From an uncultured cyanobacterium (GTDB lineage Bacteria > Cyanobacteriota > Cyanobacteriia > Cyanobacteriales > CAWCAG01), in assembly GCA_963803805.1 (NCBI GenBank), contig CAWDOD010000010.1:352001-416000 (forward strand): a DNA stretch of 64,000 bases, given 5' to 3'. The notes beneath the pieces were generated by a model. The model was not told the DNA's origin and did not search any database. It saw nothing but the letters and a program-made list of their open reading frames with translations. Below are positions 1-10,718 of this stretch, one piece after another (position 1 is the first letter of the stretch; each line of letters starts with the position of its first letter). The position numbers and the translations under genes are program-made.

Positions 1-127
1 CACTGGTAGCGCTATCAAAACTCCAGGTAGAGTGGATCTATTTTTAGGTACGGGACCAGTCGCCGGCGATCGCGCGGGGATTGTAGGTTGGAAAGGTTCC
101 CTTTACTATCCGTTATTAAAAAATTAG
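1..127 (+). CDS. mltA: 3' end of membrane-bound lytic murein transglycosylase A (3D domain), partial
   Basis: Frame from base 2 reads TGSAIKTPGRVDLFLGTGPVAGDRAG...YYPLLKN*, matching the MltA C-terminal (D)TGxAIKxxGRxDxFxGxG motif. Confidence 0.8.
   Translation, partial: TGSAIKTPGRVDLFLGTGPVAGDRAGIVGWKGSLYYPLLKN
66..73. repeat. HIP1 octamer GCGATCGC (first of many dispersed copies in the window)
   Basis: GCGATCGC recurs throughout coding and intergenic DNA; a cyanobacterial hallmark. Confidence 0.95.
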
Positions 128-161
128 GCAAACATTTAAGCCTTCTGATTATACTTAAATG

Positions 162-199
162 AAAGAGGTTGAGTTAATTGGTTCAAACTCAACCTCTTT
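162..199. terminator. Probable bidirectional intrinsic terminator
   Basis: 14-bp stem AAAGAGGTTGAGTT / AACTCAACCTCTTT between convergent genes. Confidence 0.75.
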
Positions 200-242
200 A
201 TTTGTAAGCATATATGTACTAACAAGAATCTATACCAAGTAA

Positions 243-983
243 TTACTTTGTTTCTTTTCTACTACCTTTACCCAAAGAAGTTGCTCCAAACAAACCAACA
301 GCAAGAAGACTTAATATGGTAGTGGGTTCAGGAACTTCTTGATTAACGAGGTTGAAGTCTACTCCATCTCCTGTGCCTTTTTCCTTGTCATGACCCAACT
401 TGAGGGTGATGGAACTAATATCAAAGAAAGTCTGACTAACAATGTTGCTATCTTTACCTTTTGCTACCCAATCAGGACTAGCTAAGTTAACACCATTGAT
501 AGCAATCACACCAGTAGTATTACTTGACTCGGTATCAAAGAAATCTACAGTTAACTCTTTTAATATTTCAGTAAAAGTAAAAGTAAAAGTTCCTACTTCA
601 AGTTGGCCTTTTTCTTCTGCTGAACCTGTAGCCTCATTATGTTCCGAAGGGCGGAACCAAAAATCAATAGGGTTAGTCCCAGCATCTTTGGTTTTAAATT
701 TGATCGCATTTGCGCCGCTACCGTAGGTGTTTGCTGTAGCTAAATTATCAACAAAGAGGCGACTTCTATTACCTGTGGTGCTATCAGTGAGGGATTCGAT
801 GCTTTGAATAAAAGGTATATCACTAGCTTCAATGCACTTGTTAGGATCTAAATCTATGCAACCAAGACCAACATTAATTTCTCCTTCTTTTTGAGGAACA
901 AGGCTTCCAGCAGAAGCACTAGAGGAGAAAGTTGCGATTGTAGCAGTAGTAGCTATGAGGCTGATTAAGAGTTGACGTTTCAT
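243..983 (-). CDS. PEP-CTERM exosortase-target surface protein (LEVG-type)
   Basis: N-terminal signal peptide, internal QLEVGTF motif, C-terminal VPEP + TM helix + basic tail. Confidence 0.85.
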   Translation of the reverse strand: MKRQLLISLIATTATIATFSSSASAGSLVPQKEGEINVGLGCIDLDPNKCIEASDIPFIQSIESLTDSTTGNRSRLFVDNLATANTYGSGANAIKFKTKDAGTNPIDFWFRPSEHNEATGSAEEKGQLEVGTFTFTFTEILKELTVDFFDTESSNTTGVIAINGVNLASPDWVAKGKDSNIVSQTFFDISSITLKLGHDKEKGTGDGVDFNLVNQEVPEPTTILSLLAVGLFGATSLGKGSRKETK

Positions 984-1233
984 AATGCTTAACTGATATT
1001 ACTTAGTTGGTTAATAACATTATGGACTAACTTATATAAAGTTGGTATAAAGACTGATGCAAGTTTTATGAAGATTGCGTAAATATTTCAGTAATCCTTG
1101 GAAAAAAGAGATATTTCTTTTGGGAATTACACAAAAACCCCGGAAATAAAGGCTTTAAGCACAGGAATTACGTAAGTATTGCTGCAAGCAAAATGTAAGT
1201 ACTTAGGCAAAGTTGATTTAACGTTTTGTTAGG

Positions 1234-1410
1234 TCAGGGGTCAGGGGATAGGAAACAGCTAATATAGAAGTGATCGCTGCTAAGGTTGCCGGCAAAGTAT
1301 TCTGCTAACATCCCGCCAAGTTCCTCAAGCTCTTGCGGTTTAAATATATTAATAGCATTTGCGATCGCCATTAGAGCCTGTTTTTCATCGGGTCTAGCAA
1401 GTCGAATCAT
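1234..1410 (-). pseudogene. Truncated GNAT N-acetyltransferase remnant (N-terminal part only)
   Basis: MIRLARPDEKQALMAIA...ELEELGGMLAEYF resembles a GNAT N-terminus; ends after ~55 aa before the acetyl-CoA binding motif. Confidence 0.5.
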
Positions 1411-1480
1411 GAGCAACTCCTATTCTGTATGCTAAGTTAAGGTAATGTGTATTCCTTCCCTTACACATTACTATTGAAGC

Positions 1481-2491
1481 ATGAACGACTTACAGTTCAA
1501 TAGAGCTTTTGAGGCGTTGACACCGCGACGCAAAGAGGTATTAAAGCTATTGTTGGCTGGAGTTCCTGACTTAAAAATTGCTCAATCTCTACATATAGCA
1601 GAATCAACTGTTAGAAAGCATATAGAAAAGATTTGTCTTTCTTTCCATATATATAATGAATTTCCTGATGAACGGCGTTCTAAACGCCCAGAATTAATTG
1701 CTTTATTTGTTAAGCACAAACCAGAATTGGTAGTTAATAACGCCTCTACTATCGGGACAAAGGAGTTATCTAACTTAATAATAGAAGAACCTGAACAACT
1801 TTCTCTTTATAACCGCGAAGTCTTCATTCTTATTGATCAAAGCGGTTCAATGGTAAGGAAAGATGGTGATACAGGGACTCAAACTCGCTATGAATATTTA
1901 GCTGAAGTAGTTGAAGGTCATATTAGCCGTATTTTATCTCCCCAAGGTTCGGAACAGAAAATTTGCGATCGCCTTTGGGTTTATTTTTTTAGTCGTAAGA
2001 AAACTCCTCCAACTCCTACCACCATAGCTGATGCCTCAGAAGTATGGCGATTATTTATTGATAATCAACCCAAAACCAAAACTTTTATTAGCCCTACCCT
2101 AAACCATTGTCTTGATTCTTGGTTAAGCGCAGGGAAAAAAGTTCATAAAGGTGCTTTTTTTATTATCTATACCGATGGCGAATTTGATGATGAAGCAGAA
2201 TTTATTGACTGCATTGCTTCTGCTTGTGCCAAAATCAAACATCACCAAGAAGTGAAGTTTTTTGTTTTAGGTTTAGGAGAAGATGTTAATATTAAGCATT
2301 TTCTAAACTTGGATTTTAATGTCAACCAAACTATGCCCTTTAACATTTTTGTCTTCGATTTAGTTAATGAAGTTGATGATATTATCGAACTACTATCACG
2401 GCAGTTAATTGATACTCCCCATCTTGCTTTTCCTAATTGGGTAAAAACTCGTTATCCAGAATTTGTCGAGAAAGTTCTAGAAACGAAATAA
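1481..2491 (+). CDS. LuxR-type HTH domain fused to von Willebrand factor A domain
   Basis: LTPRRKEVLKLLLAG..IAQSLHIAESTVRKHI (LuxR HTH); ILIDQSGSM and IIYTDGE (MIDAS motifs). Confidence 0.8.
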   Translation: MNDLQFNRAFEALTPRRKEVLKLLLAGVPDLKIAQSLHIAESTVRKHIEKICLSFHIYNEFPDERRSKRPELIALFVKHKPELVVNNASTIGTKELSNLIIEEPEQLSLYNREVFILIDQSGSMVRKDGDTGTQTRYEYLAEVVEGHISRILSPQGSEQKICDRLWVYFFSRKKTPPTPTTIADASEVWRLFIDNQPKTKTFISPTLNHCLDSWLSAGKKVHKGAFFIIYTDGEFDDEAEFIDCIASACAKIKHHQEVKFFVLGLGEDVNIKHFLNLDFNVNQTMPFNIFVFDLVNEVDDIIELLSRQLIDTPHLAFPNWVKTRYPEFVEKVLETK

Positions 2492-2588
2492 TATATTTTT
2501 TCTTTCGTTATCTCGAAAGTACACCAATTGAGGTAAAACCTAAAGGGTAAATATCAATAGTTTTAGAACTTTAATTCAATATGTTCGC

Positions 2589-4079
2589 TCAATTCTTACA
2601 ACTGTGCAAACGGCTTAAAAGTAAAACAATTTCGTCAATTGCTTCTCTTTGGCTAGCTACTGGTTGGTCAGATTGATTAATTAAAATGCTAAAAACTAGA
2701 GGTGGAAAATAATCTGATTCTAAGTAACCAGAAAGTGCGGAAGTGCCTGTTACCGTACCTGTTTTAGCCCGAAGATGTCCCTGTAAAGGGGTATTTTGAA
2801 AACGACGAAGTAAAGTACCATTAACCCCAGCTAAAGGTAAGGAATTACGATAAATTTCTCCCAGAGGAGTAAGTGCGATCGCCCTTAAAGTTTGTACAAT
2901 AGCTTGGGGGCTAACTAAGTTATGGCGAGATAAACCAGAACCATCTTTTAAAACATAACCTGCACTATCAACTCCCAAGGCAGTTAAACTAGATTCTGTT
3001 GCAGCAATACCGGAACTATTTTTCTCAACTCCAAGGGTACGTAACAATGCTTCTGCATATAAATTGTTACTAGGTTGATTGGTATCTGTAATTAAAACTT
3101 CTAGGGGAGGAGATTCTATTACTGCTATTTCTTCACCTAACGATGAGGTTTCAGGAGTGTTTGTCACGATGCTGTTTTTCACTTCAATCCCTTCTAAAAC
3201 CAGGGCAGTCCTCAAACTTGCTAAAAAGTATTCAGCAGGGTTACGAATCGCTAAACCCCAAATATCTGCCCCCTCATCGGCAGCTAATTCCCCTGCAATT
3301 TTAAGTGTCCTTTCTCCTAACACCCCACCAATAGTTACCCCATAGGGAGTCCCTTCTGCTGCGGTTATAGCAGTATTTTCAACTTGCCACTGTCTTGCGG
3401 CGATGGAGTTACTCCAAGTTACTTGTACTGGTTGTCCTAATTCTTGGGGTAGCAGGGTAAGTACCACCGCATTTTCATCTAAAATTAAACTATTAACCGC
3501 CGTACCATAATAAGCATAAACATCTTCCCATTCCCAACTGGCTAAAATTGGTGATTCGGAAAAATAGCCATCTTGGACAACTAACTGTTCTATTTCCTGA
3601 ACTCCTTCATTTTTAAGCTGTTGTGCAACCTCCCTTAAATCTGCTGTGGTTAAACTCGGATCTCCTTTACCCAAAACCCTTAAAGTACTTAAGTTAGGAA
3701 CTATTCCAGTAGCATAAAAAGGAGTACGGATGGAAAAATCGGCTCCTAGTTGAGTTAAAATTGCCGCAGTGGTTAATAATTTAGTATTGGATGCGGGGAT
3801 AAAATGGCGTTCAGCAGCTAAAGCATAGAGGGTTTCTTGGGTATCTAAGGTTTGTACCAAAATTCCCCAGCGAGAACGACGCAGGTTAGGGTGATTAATA
3901 ATTTCTTCAATGGCAGGTTCTAAATCTGCTATACAAACAGAGGCATCTTTTGTTTCTGCAACTGTTGTTAAAGAAGTTTGGGCAAAAGTTTTCTCTTGCC
4001 TAACTCCTATTTGTACTCCTAACCAAATTAAAATTAAACTAAGAGACTTTCCTAAACGATATTGTTGCTGCTTTTTCAT
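2589..4079 (-). CDS. dacB: D-alanyl-D-alanine carboxypeptidase/endopeptidase (PBP4, peptidase S13)
   Basis: PASNTK (SxxK), SNN, DGSGLSRHN and AKTGT (KTG) motifs. Confidence 0.93.
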   Translation of the reverse strand: MKKQQQYRLGKSLSLILIWLGVQIGVRQEKTFAQTSLTTVAETKDASVCIADLEPAIEEIINHPNLRRSRWGILVQTLDTQETLYALAAERHFIPASNTKLLTTAAILTQLGADFSIRTPFYATGIVPNLSTLRVLGKGDPSLTTADLREVAQQLKNEGVQEIEQLVVQDGYFSESPILASWEWEDVYAYYGTAVNSLILDENAVVLTLLPQELGQPVQVTWSNSIAARQWQVENTAITAAEGTPYGVTIGGVLGERTLKIAGELAADEGADIWGLAIRNPAEYFLASLRTALVLEGIEVKNSIVTNTPETSSLGEEIAVIESPPLEVLITDTNQPSNNLYAEALLRTLGVEKNSSGIAATESSLTALGVDSAGYVLKDGSGLSRHNLVSPQAIVQTLRAIALTPLGEIYRNSLPLAGVNGTLLRRFQNTPLQGHLRAKTGTVTGTSALSGYLESDYFPPLVFSILINQSDQPVASQREAIDEIVLLLSRLHSCKN

Positions 4080-4129
4080 TGAATACTAAGAATTATACTG
4101 AAATCAATGAGTCTTAGCTTAAATGTTAA

Positions 4130-4528
4130 ATGTTGAATCCTCGTTTCCTCAGCCTAATTTCCCTTTTAATTATCACCCCTCTTGGCTTCTTTTCCAAGGC
4201 TTACAATGGCCCCGGACAAGTCTGGTTTAACCAAAACTTAGGAGGACTATTATACGAAATCTTCTGGTGTTTATTTTTCTTCTGCTTCATACCTAGTAAA
4301 AAAGCTATTCAACAAATTCCCCTTGGGGTTTTCTTCTTTACCTGCATCTTAGAATTAATGCAACTATGGAGAAATCCGGCGGTAATAGAAATTAGATCTA
4401 CTTTATTTGGCCGCTTGTTTTTAGGGACAACTTTCTCCTGGCTAGATTTTCCCCATTATCTTCTTGGTTGTTTCATAGGGTGGTTATGGCTGAAATTAAT
4501 TTGGAAACACAGCTCAATAGAGACATAA
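4130..4528 (+). CDS. Small membrane protein (DUF2809-like)
   Basis: Hydrophobic helices, LELMQLW and GRLFLGTTFSWLD motifs. Confidence 0.7.
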   Translation: MLNPRFLSLISLLIITPLGFFSKAYNGPGQVWFNQNLGGLLYEIFWCLFFFCFIPSKKAIQQIPLGVFFFTCILELMQLWRNPAVIEIRSTLFGRLFLGTTFSWLDFPHYLLGCFIGWLWLKLIWKHSSIET

Positions 4529-4753
4529 CAGTAACAGCAAGCTCAACAATGATTCATGTTTAATCTTCAATGTAAAGATGGTATAACTTAATGTTCAATT
4601 TTAATAGTCAATAAACAAACATCAAAGCAAACATAGCTATTTGTATAATGGGTTAGGGGTTTTAGCTTACTAAAAAAAGAAAAATTGTTAGTAAAAGCAA
4701 TCATACTAATAACACTGCCCTCTATTTACAAACGTATCTAAAGGCAAACCAGG

Positions 4754-5542
4754 ATGACTATCAGCCAAGAAATTACTTCTTTGAGCCTCAAGCAAGGATG
4801 GAAAGAAATGCTCAATTTGCTACCTGAAGAAGCAAGAAAATGGTCAGAAAGTCTGCCTTGGGATCAAAGGCGTTGTTTACTATCTTTGTGTCATCTTTTA
4901 TGTGCTGCGAACCCTAAGACTCAAGCGGAATTCCTTGACAACTATACTGCTGATGGACTTATTTATAAAATTATCCATAATAAAAATACAAAAATTAAAG
5001 TACAAAAATATTTAGAAAATTTCCGTGTCGATTCAGAATTAAGCGAAGACACAATTAAAAAATATATTAGGTTATTTTACTTTCATTCAGCCCAAGATAT
5101 TCGTCACAATCCTGACCAATACTTAGAGTCAGCCCTACGCTTTGTTTTAAGCCCTAGTAAGCAAAGTCGCGTTCTACATTATATTTTGGGTTTTGAGTTA
5201 ATTAAAATGCTTTTTCAAATGAGCTGGCTGCAACACGAAAGACTTTATCGCCTGCAACGCAATCAAGAATTTTTCTTCAAGACGTACATCAAACCAGTAC
5301 AAAATGCTCACCGCCTCAATGGTTTAATTAATCCCAAAGACGAAAATATTTTCTTTTCTAAACGAAGTTATTTTATTAGAAAACCTGCCTTAAGCGAGAA
5401 GAAAGCTGTTGAGTTAGTTATGGCTAGTTTTACTACTCAAACTTTAGCTGATTTAGGTTTTGAAATTATCAGAAATCTTAACTACTTGTTTTTCGACTAC
5501 GATTATATTTTTCAGCCGGAACAAGAAACGATTTTTAGTTAA
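4754..5542 (+). CDS. Hypothetical cyanobacterial protein
   Basis: 262-aa ORF with protein-like composition and no recognisable catalytic motif. Confidence 0.7.
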   Translation: MTISQEITSLSLKQGWKEMLNLLPEEARKWSESLPWDQRRCLLSLCHLLCAANPKTQAEFLDNYTADGLIYKIIHNKNTKIKVQKYLENFRVDSELSEDTIKKYIRLFYFHSAQDIRHNPDQYLESALRFVLSPSKQSRVLHYILGFELIKMLFQMSWLQHERLYRLQRNQEFFFKTYIKPVQNAHRLNGLINPKDENIFFSKRSYFIRKPALSEKKAVELVMASFTTQTLADLGFEIIRNLNYLFFDYDYIFQPEQETIFS

Positions 5543-5827
5543 TACCACTTTTTTAGCTGTGTCGAAAATACATTGATTGGGATAAAGGGTAAGGAACGAT
5601 TAGCAATCGTTTCAGAAGCAGTGAGGGGACTCCTAGACCAGCGAAAAACGCTTATATCGGGAATAATAGACCTATTTGTTGTAAAAATTCCTTGAGGGTT
5701 GAGGTTTTGCTGATAGCCTGGGTCATGATTAGACTCTAAAATAAAACAACTCTCTGGCTAATTCGCTAGCATCAGCGTAGAAATTTGTGTACATTATACG
5801 GTTGAATCTCACCAACCGGAGCAATGA

Positions 5828-6652
5828 ATGGGTAAAGCAGGTTCACCGAAAAAAATTGTCAAACGTTCCCTAGTTACTGGAGATGATGTTCCAGAAGCCT
5901 TGCGGGAAACAAGCCGTTCTCAAGGCAAATTTTCACGTCGAAAAATGTTATTGGCAGGGGGAGGATTAATGTTGGGCATTATCTCCCTTCTTGCTGGGGC
6001 TTTTTTCTCTAATCCTGTCTCCCAACCACAATCTCAAGAAGTTTCTCCTGCCCCAGAAGCAGAAGTTGTTGCTAGCCCAGAAAAAGAGGATTTACTAGGG
6101 CATTTACCCTACGAAGAAGTAGATAAAGAGAAGTTAGCGCCGATTGTACCTAATAGCCCCATTAAAATGCACAAAAGTGCTACGGTAAAATTGAGAGAAA
6201 TGGTGAATGCAGCTAGTGGGGAGGGGGTCAATTTAGTTGTTCTTTCTGGTTTCCGTTCTGTAGAAGAGCAGCAACAATTGTTTTTCCAAGTTAAAGAACA
6301 ACGGGGACAAATAGCTAGCCAAAGAGCCGAAGTAAGCGCCCCTCCGGGTTATAGTGAACATCATACTGGTTATGCTGTTGATATTGGTGATGGTAACGTA
6401 CCTGCGGCAAATCTAAAGACGAGTTTTGAGCAAACCCCTGCTTTTAAATGGTTAGAAAAAAATGCTCCTCGCTATAGTTTTGAGCTATCTTTTCCTGAGA
6501 ATAATCCCCAAGGTATTGCTTATGAACCTTGGCATTGGCGTTTTGTGGGAGATATTGAAAGTTTGGAGACTTTTTATCAAGATAAGGACAAAAAACTTGA
6601 CATTGAACAAGACAAGCTAAACGAGAAAGAAAAATCAAAAACTAATGACTAA
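5828..6652 (+). CDS. D-Ala-D-Ala carboxypeptidase, M15B/VanY family
   Basis: SGFRS, SEHHTGYAVD, YEPWHWRF motifs; N-terminal TM anchor. Confidence 0.92.
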   Translation: MGKAGSPKKIVKRSLVTGDDVPEALRETSRSQGKFSRRKMLLAGGGLMLGIISLLAGAFFSNPVSQPQSQEVSPAPEAEVVASPEKEDLLGHLPYEEVDKEKLAPIVPNSPIKMHKSATVKLREMVNAASGEGVNLVVLSGFRSVEEQQQLFFQVKEQRGQIASQRAEVSAPPGYSEHHTGYAVDIGDGNVPAANLKTSFEQTPAFKWLEKNAPRYSFELSFPENNPQGIAYEPWHWRFVGDIESLETFYQDKDKKLDIEQDKLNEKEKSKTND

Positions 6653-7469
6653 TTATCAAATTGCTAGTCGAGAATGGTGGGTACAAAGATGGCTAGAGTT
6701 ACTCGATTCCTACCGTTTTAAGAAGCGTTTAGAAAGGGCAAGGAAATACGCGAAAGAAGGTAATGTCCTCAATATAGAATTTGAGGGAGAAAAGGTTTTA
6801 GCACAAGTACAGGGGAGTGAACCGGAACCTTATTTTGTTTCTCTTTCTCTTGATGCTTTTAGTAAGGAAGATTGGGACTATGCTATCGAAACTATGGCCC
6901 AAAAAGCAATTTTTTCTGCTCAACTATTAGCAGGAGAAATGCCAGCTAACATCGAAGAAGAAGTTTTTACTGCCAGTGGTTTAAGCCTGTTTCCTTTCAC
7001 CTTATCTGACATCCACTCCCGTTGTAGCTGTCCTGATAAAGCTAATCCTTGTAAACATATTGGTGCAGTTTACTATCAATTAGGCGATCGCTTCAGTGAA
7101 GATCCCTTTGTTTTATTCCAGTTAAGGGGGCGTACTAAAAGAGAAATTCTCGATACTTTAAGGCAATTACGTTCTGAGCATTATGAAGGGGAATATGAAG
7201 AGGATTTAGTTGAAGTAGTTTCACAACAAGAGGTTGAAGTAGAAAATAATTCAGAAAATACTAGCTTGGATTTAGAGAAGTTCTGGCAATATGAAGAACC
7301 CCTAGAATCATCTTTAGTGGTTATTGCTCCCCCTCCAGAAAGCAAAACTCCCCTGGATATTTTGGGAGATGTTCCTTTACCATCTGCTGAGGCGGTTTTA
7401 GTAAAGCAATATTTAGATCAGGTTTATCAAACCGTTAGTCAACAGGCGATTATGTCTGCTTTAAGTTAG
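6645..7469 (+). CDS. SWIM zinc finger protein
   Basis: CSCPDKANPCKH; RLERARKYA N-terminal motif. Confidence 0.9.
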   Translation: MTNYQIASREWWVQRWLELLDSYRFKKRLERARKYAKEGNVLNIEFEGEKVLAQVQGSEPEPYFVSLSLDAFSKEDWDYAIETMAQKAIFSAQLLAGEMPANIEEEVFTASGLSLFPFTLSDIHSRCSCPDKANPCKHIGAVYYQLGDRFSEDPFVLFQLRGRTKREILDTLRQLRSEHYEGEYEEDLVEVVSQQEVEVENNSENTSLDLEKFWQYEEPLESSLVVIAPPPESKTPLDILGDVPLPSAEAVLVKQYLDQVYQTVSQQAIMSALS

Positions 7470-7511
7470 CAATCTTGTATCAATTGATAATTCTTTGATA
7501 TTGGTTGAATC

Positions 7512-8579
7512 TTACTTCAGGCGTAAGCTGGAGATGTAAAGAACTACAGCAAGTCCAACAAAACTATAGGGTAAATAGGCGGGACTTTCTAGTAAGCCCA
7601 AAGAAGCAGGAATTGAGGTTCTACCAATATAAGCAGCGTAAAATAAGTAACCTAAAGCTACATGACCACAACGTTCTTGTAAAAGCCCTAGTATTGTACC
7701 GAATAAAGGGCCATAGAAAAAAGCAGCTAAGGGTAGAAGAATCACTAGGGAAGGAAGAGAAATAAGTCCTGTAACAGCTAAACCACAAAGCAAGAGGAAC
7801 TTTAAAGCCTTGACTGGTTGTTTGCCTACCCAAGTTCCCAAAATACCTTTTCCCAAGGTTAACCCACCCCAATAAAAAGAGAGTAGGGTTCCACTAGTAA
7901 CCTCATCCCAACCGAGATTAAGGAGATAGCTACTATTCCAAGTGCCGATAGAACTTTCTAAACCGACATAAACAAAAAATAACCATAACAAAAGACGTGC
8001 CTTGCTCCAAGATATCTTACTATCTGTAGGAGAAAAATTGAGGACACAAGGAGCTTGCCAAGCTAAAGTTATCCCCAGCAAAGCTACAATTGCCATCAAA
8101 AGTAAAGCCAGCCGCCAAGGTAGGAAAGAAGCTAATAGAGGAGTGCTTAAAGCCCCTAGTCCAAAAATAGCGCTACCCCAGTTAAGCATGGCAATTCTAC
8201 GTTGGGGGTGCAATTCACCTATCAGGCTATTAGATTGCAGGTTAATGATGCCACTGCCAAAACCAATAAAAACAGCCGCTACGGTAATGCTAAGGAAATT
8301 AGCAGCAACCCCAGCCAAACAAAAACCAAAGGCAACCGCAGCAAACCCAAAAGGGAAGAGAGGATGACGCTTTTGTGCAGTAGAAGCTAAACGTAATCCA
8401 ACTAAGCCACCCAACAGAAATAGGTTGTAGTACCAACCAAGACTTGCTTGTTCACCAAATACATTTTGCCATTGGGGTAAAAATGCCCCAGGAGCAGCGA
8501 TAATGATACCCTGACAAAAAAGCCCCACGAAACCAGCAATAGTTAACCTTAGCGGTGAACTCGTAAGTCCTAAGTTCAT
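7512..8579 (-). CDS. MFS transporter
   Basis: About 12 hydrophobic segments; YVGLE motif of FucP/TsgA-like MFS. Confidence 0.8.
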   Translation of the reverse strand: MNLGLTSSPLRLTIAGFVGLFCQGIIIAAPGAFLPQWQNVFGEQASLGWYYNLFLLGGLVGLRLASTAQKRHPLFPFGFAAVAFGFCLAGVAANFLSITVAAVFIGFGSGIINLQSNSLIGELHPQRRIAMLNWGSAIFGLGALSTPLLASFLPWRLALLLMAIVALLGITLAWQAPCVLNFSPTDSKISWSKARLLLWLFFVYVGLESSIGTWNSSYLLNLGWDEVTSGTLLSFYWGGLTLGKGILGTWVGKQPVKALKFLLLCGLAVTGLISLPSLVILLPLAAFFYGPLFGTILGLLQERCGHVALGYLFYAAYIGRTSIPASLGLLESPAYLPYSFVGLAVVLYISSLRLK

Positions 8580-8593
8580 CTTTTCTGGCTAAC

Positions 8594-9349
8594 CTAATCC
8601 TTTTCACCGCTCAAAGCCGGGACATCAGCATCCTCAATACCTTGCTCACTATTAGGTAATTCTAAACAATAGCCAGCACCATAAACGGTTTTGATATACC
8701 GTGGATGCCTGGGATCTGGTTCAAGTTTTGTTCTTAAGTGGCGAATATGAACTCGAATAGTTTCAATATCATCATCGGGATCATAACCCCAAACCTCTTT
8801 GAGAATCTCGCTAGGGGAGACTGTTTGTCCATGACGCTGGAGTAGGCAATGGAGTAACTCGAATTCTAAATGAGTTAGTTTAACCGTTTTGTTAAACCAA
8901 ATTGCTTCAAATCTTTCAGGAACAAGGGTTAAAGGGCCGTAGTTGAGAATTTCTGCGTGTTTTGCCGCTTGAGGGATACGATCAGTACGACGCAATAAGG
9001 CTCTTACCCTAGCTAGCATTTCCTCTAACTCAAAAGGCTTAGTCATATAGTCATCAGCACCAGCATTAAAGCCGCCCACCTTATCCTGGGTTTGCCCTAG
9101 TGCTGTCAACATCAATACGGGAATGTCAGAAGTGCGTTCATCTCTACGCAATCGCTGGCAAACTGTAAAACCATCGACTCTAGGAAGCATCAGATCCAGC
9201 ATAATTAAGTCTGGCTGAAGCTGGACAGCTAGGGCTTGGCCTTTGAGGCCATCTTCGGCCATATTAACGTCATATCCAGCCATCTCTAGGTTAATAGAGA
9301 CTAATTCTGAAATTGCAGGGTCATCGTCGATTACAAGTATTCTTGGCAT
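8594..9349 (-). CDS. rpaA: OmpR-family response regulator RpaA (circadian output)
   Basis: [10 protein letters not shown]...[14 protein letters not shown]...[41 protein letters not shown]; start placed at MPR. Confidence 0.93.
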   Translation of the reverse strand: MPRILVIDDDPAISELVSINLEMAGYDVNMAEDGLKGQALAVQLQPDLIMLDLMLPRVDGFTVCQRLRRDERTSDIPVLMLTALGQTQDKVGGFNAGADDYMTKPFELEEMLARVRALLRRTDRIPQAAKHAEILNYGPLTLVPERFEAIWFNKTVKLTHLEFELLHCLLQRHGQTVSPSEILKEVWGYDPDDDIETIRVHIRHLRTKLEPDPRHPRYIKTVYGAGYCLELPNSEQGIEDADVPALSGEKD

Positions 9350-9563
9350 TACAAGAAAGCTTTGGCTATACTTTTGTTTACAGTTTGTGAATAAGTGTTG
9401 CAAGAATATAAAATTCCTGTCCCATTATAAGCGGTAATCCTAAATTTTTTCTAAAGGTTTTAAAGATTTACAGGGAAAAAACCATTTAGATTAAAAATTT
9501 ATTTAAGATTTGCTGACTTATTTTTGTGTTGGGAGCTAATTTAAAATCATCAATGGATCATTA

Positions 9564-10601
9564 ATGAGACAAGATAAAAACTACCAAACACCTTGGTATT
9601 TAAGGGATGGTTTAATGCAAACCCTCGCTACCAGTCTTTGGTATGGCAATAGCTGGAACTGGTTAGGAGAAAAAGTACCTTGGTTAACTCATCTTCCCCC
9701 TGTTCCTTGGCAAGAAAAAGTTTTTACCGGAGCAGACGATGTACCTTTATGGGGAATTTGGAGTTGCCCAGCCCAAGCTAAAGGCACGATGATCCTCAAC
9801 TACGGTATTACAGGAACGGTGGCTACCGCTTGGTATGCCCATGTGGTTGCTCGCAAGGCCTATCAAAGAGGTTGGGCTGTGGTGCTTTATGATTGGCGTA
9901 GTCATGGCAAAACAGCAGAACTTTCTCCAGTACCTTCTTCTGATGGTTGGCGAGAAGGAGTAGATCAAGTAAAAATTGCCGAAGCTGCGATCGCCATGGG
10001 TTGTCCTGCCCCAGTAGCTTTAGTAGGTTTTTCTTTGGGAGGACAGTTAGCCTTGTGGGGTTTGAAAGCAGCAGTGGAAGAAGGTTGTGAGTTGATTTCT
10101 ACTGGTGCGGTGATTACCCCTAATTTAGAGTCTAATCGTTCCTTAAAATATTTAATTAGTACTCCAGCCGGAAGGCTCATTGAACAAACTTTAACCAAAG
10201 AACTACAAATTGAAGCTCAAAAACGTCGGGATCGTTTCCCAGAAGCAGTTAAATTAGGAGCAGTTGCACGCATTAACTCTATTGAGTCTTTTGATCAGGA
10301 AATGGTTATTGACTACTACGGTTTTGCTAGTGTTGAAGAATACTATCAAAAAACTAGTGGCATTGCTCTCCTTGATCAGATAGAGTTGCCCTTCTTGGTT
10401 GTTTATGCGGCAGATGATCCCATGTTCGACCCGACTTTGGTTAAAGAGATTGAACAACGCATGAGCAATAATCCCCATGGTTATTTGTTGATGACTCCCC
10501 ACGGAGGACACGTTGCCCACATCGGCGTTGCGACAGGAGGGGAGGATGAGTTTTGGGGTTTTAATCGCTTGTTAGACTTTTGTGATCACCAGCTTAAGTA
10601 A
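9564..10601 (+). CDS. YheT-like alpha/beta hydrolase
   Basis: GFSLGG nucleophile elbow, AADDP, GGHV. Confidence 0.85.
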   Translation: MRQDKNYQTPWYLRDGLMQTLATSLWYGNSWNWLGEKVPWLTHLPPVPWQEKVFTGADDVPLWGIWSCPAQAKGTMILNYGITGTVATAWYAHVVARKAYQRGWAVVLYDWRSHGKTAELSPVPSSDGWREGVDQVKIAEAAIAMGCPAPVALVGFSLGGQLALWGLKAAVEEGCELISTGAVITPNLESNRSLKYLISTPAGRLIEQTLTKELQIEAQKRRDRFPEAVKLGAVARINSIESFDQEMVIDYYGFASVEEYYQKTSGIALLDQIELPFLVVYAADDPMFDPTLVKEIEQRMSNNPHGYLLMTPHGGHVAHIGVATGGEDEFWGFNRLLDFCDHQLK

Positions 10602-10718
10602 GAAATAGTTACCATAAAAAAGCATAATTGTCGGTGGGGAATTTTCCGTTAGATTTCCCTATACAAAACCAGTTGCTTTAACGCTAAGTTAAAAACAATT
10701 GATGTAAGAGGAACGGTA

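Noticed and set aside
442-726. Antisense ORFs in the track (e.g. 442-726, 3079-3345, 8002-8367, 28208-28513, 36673-37623, 62235-62624)
   Set aside because: Shadow frames opposite well-supported genes
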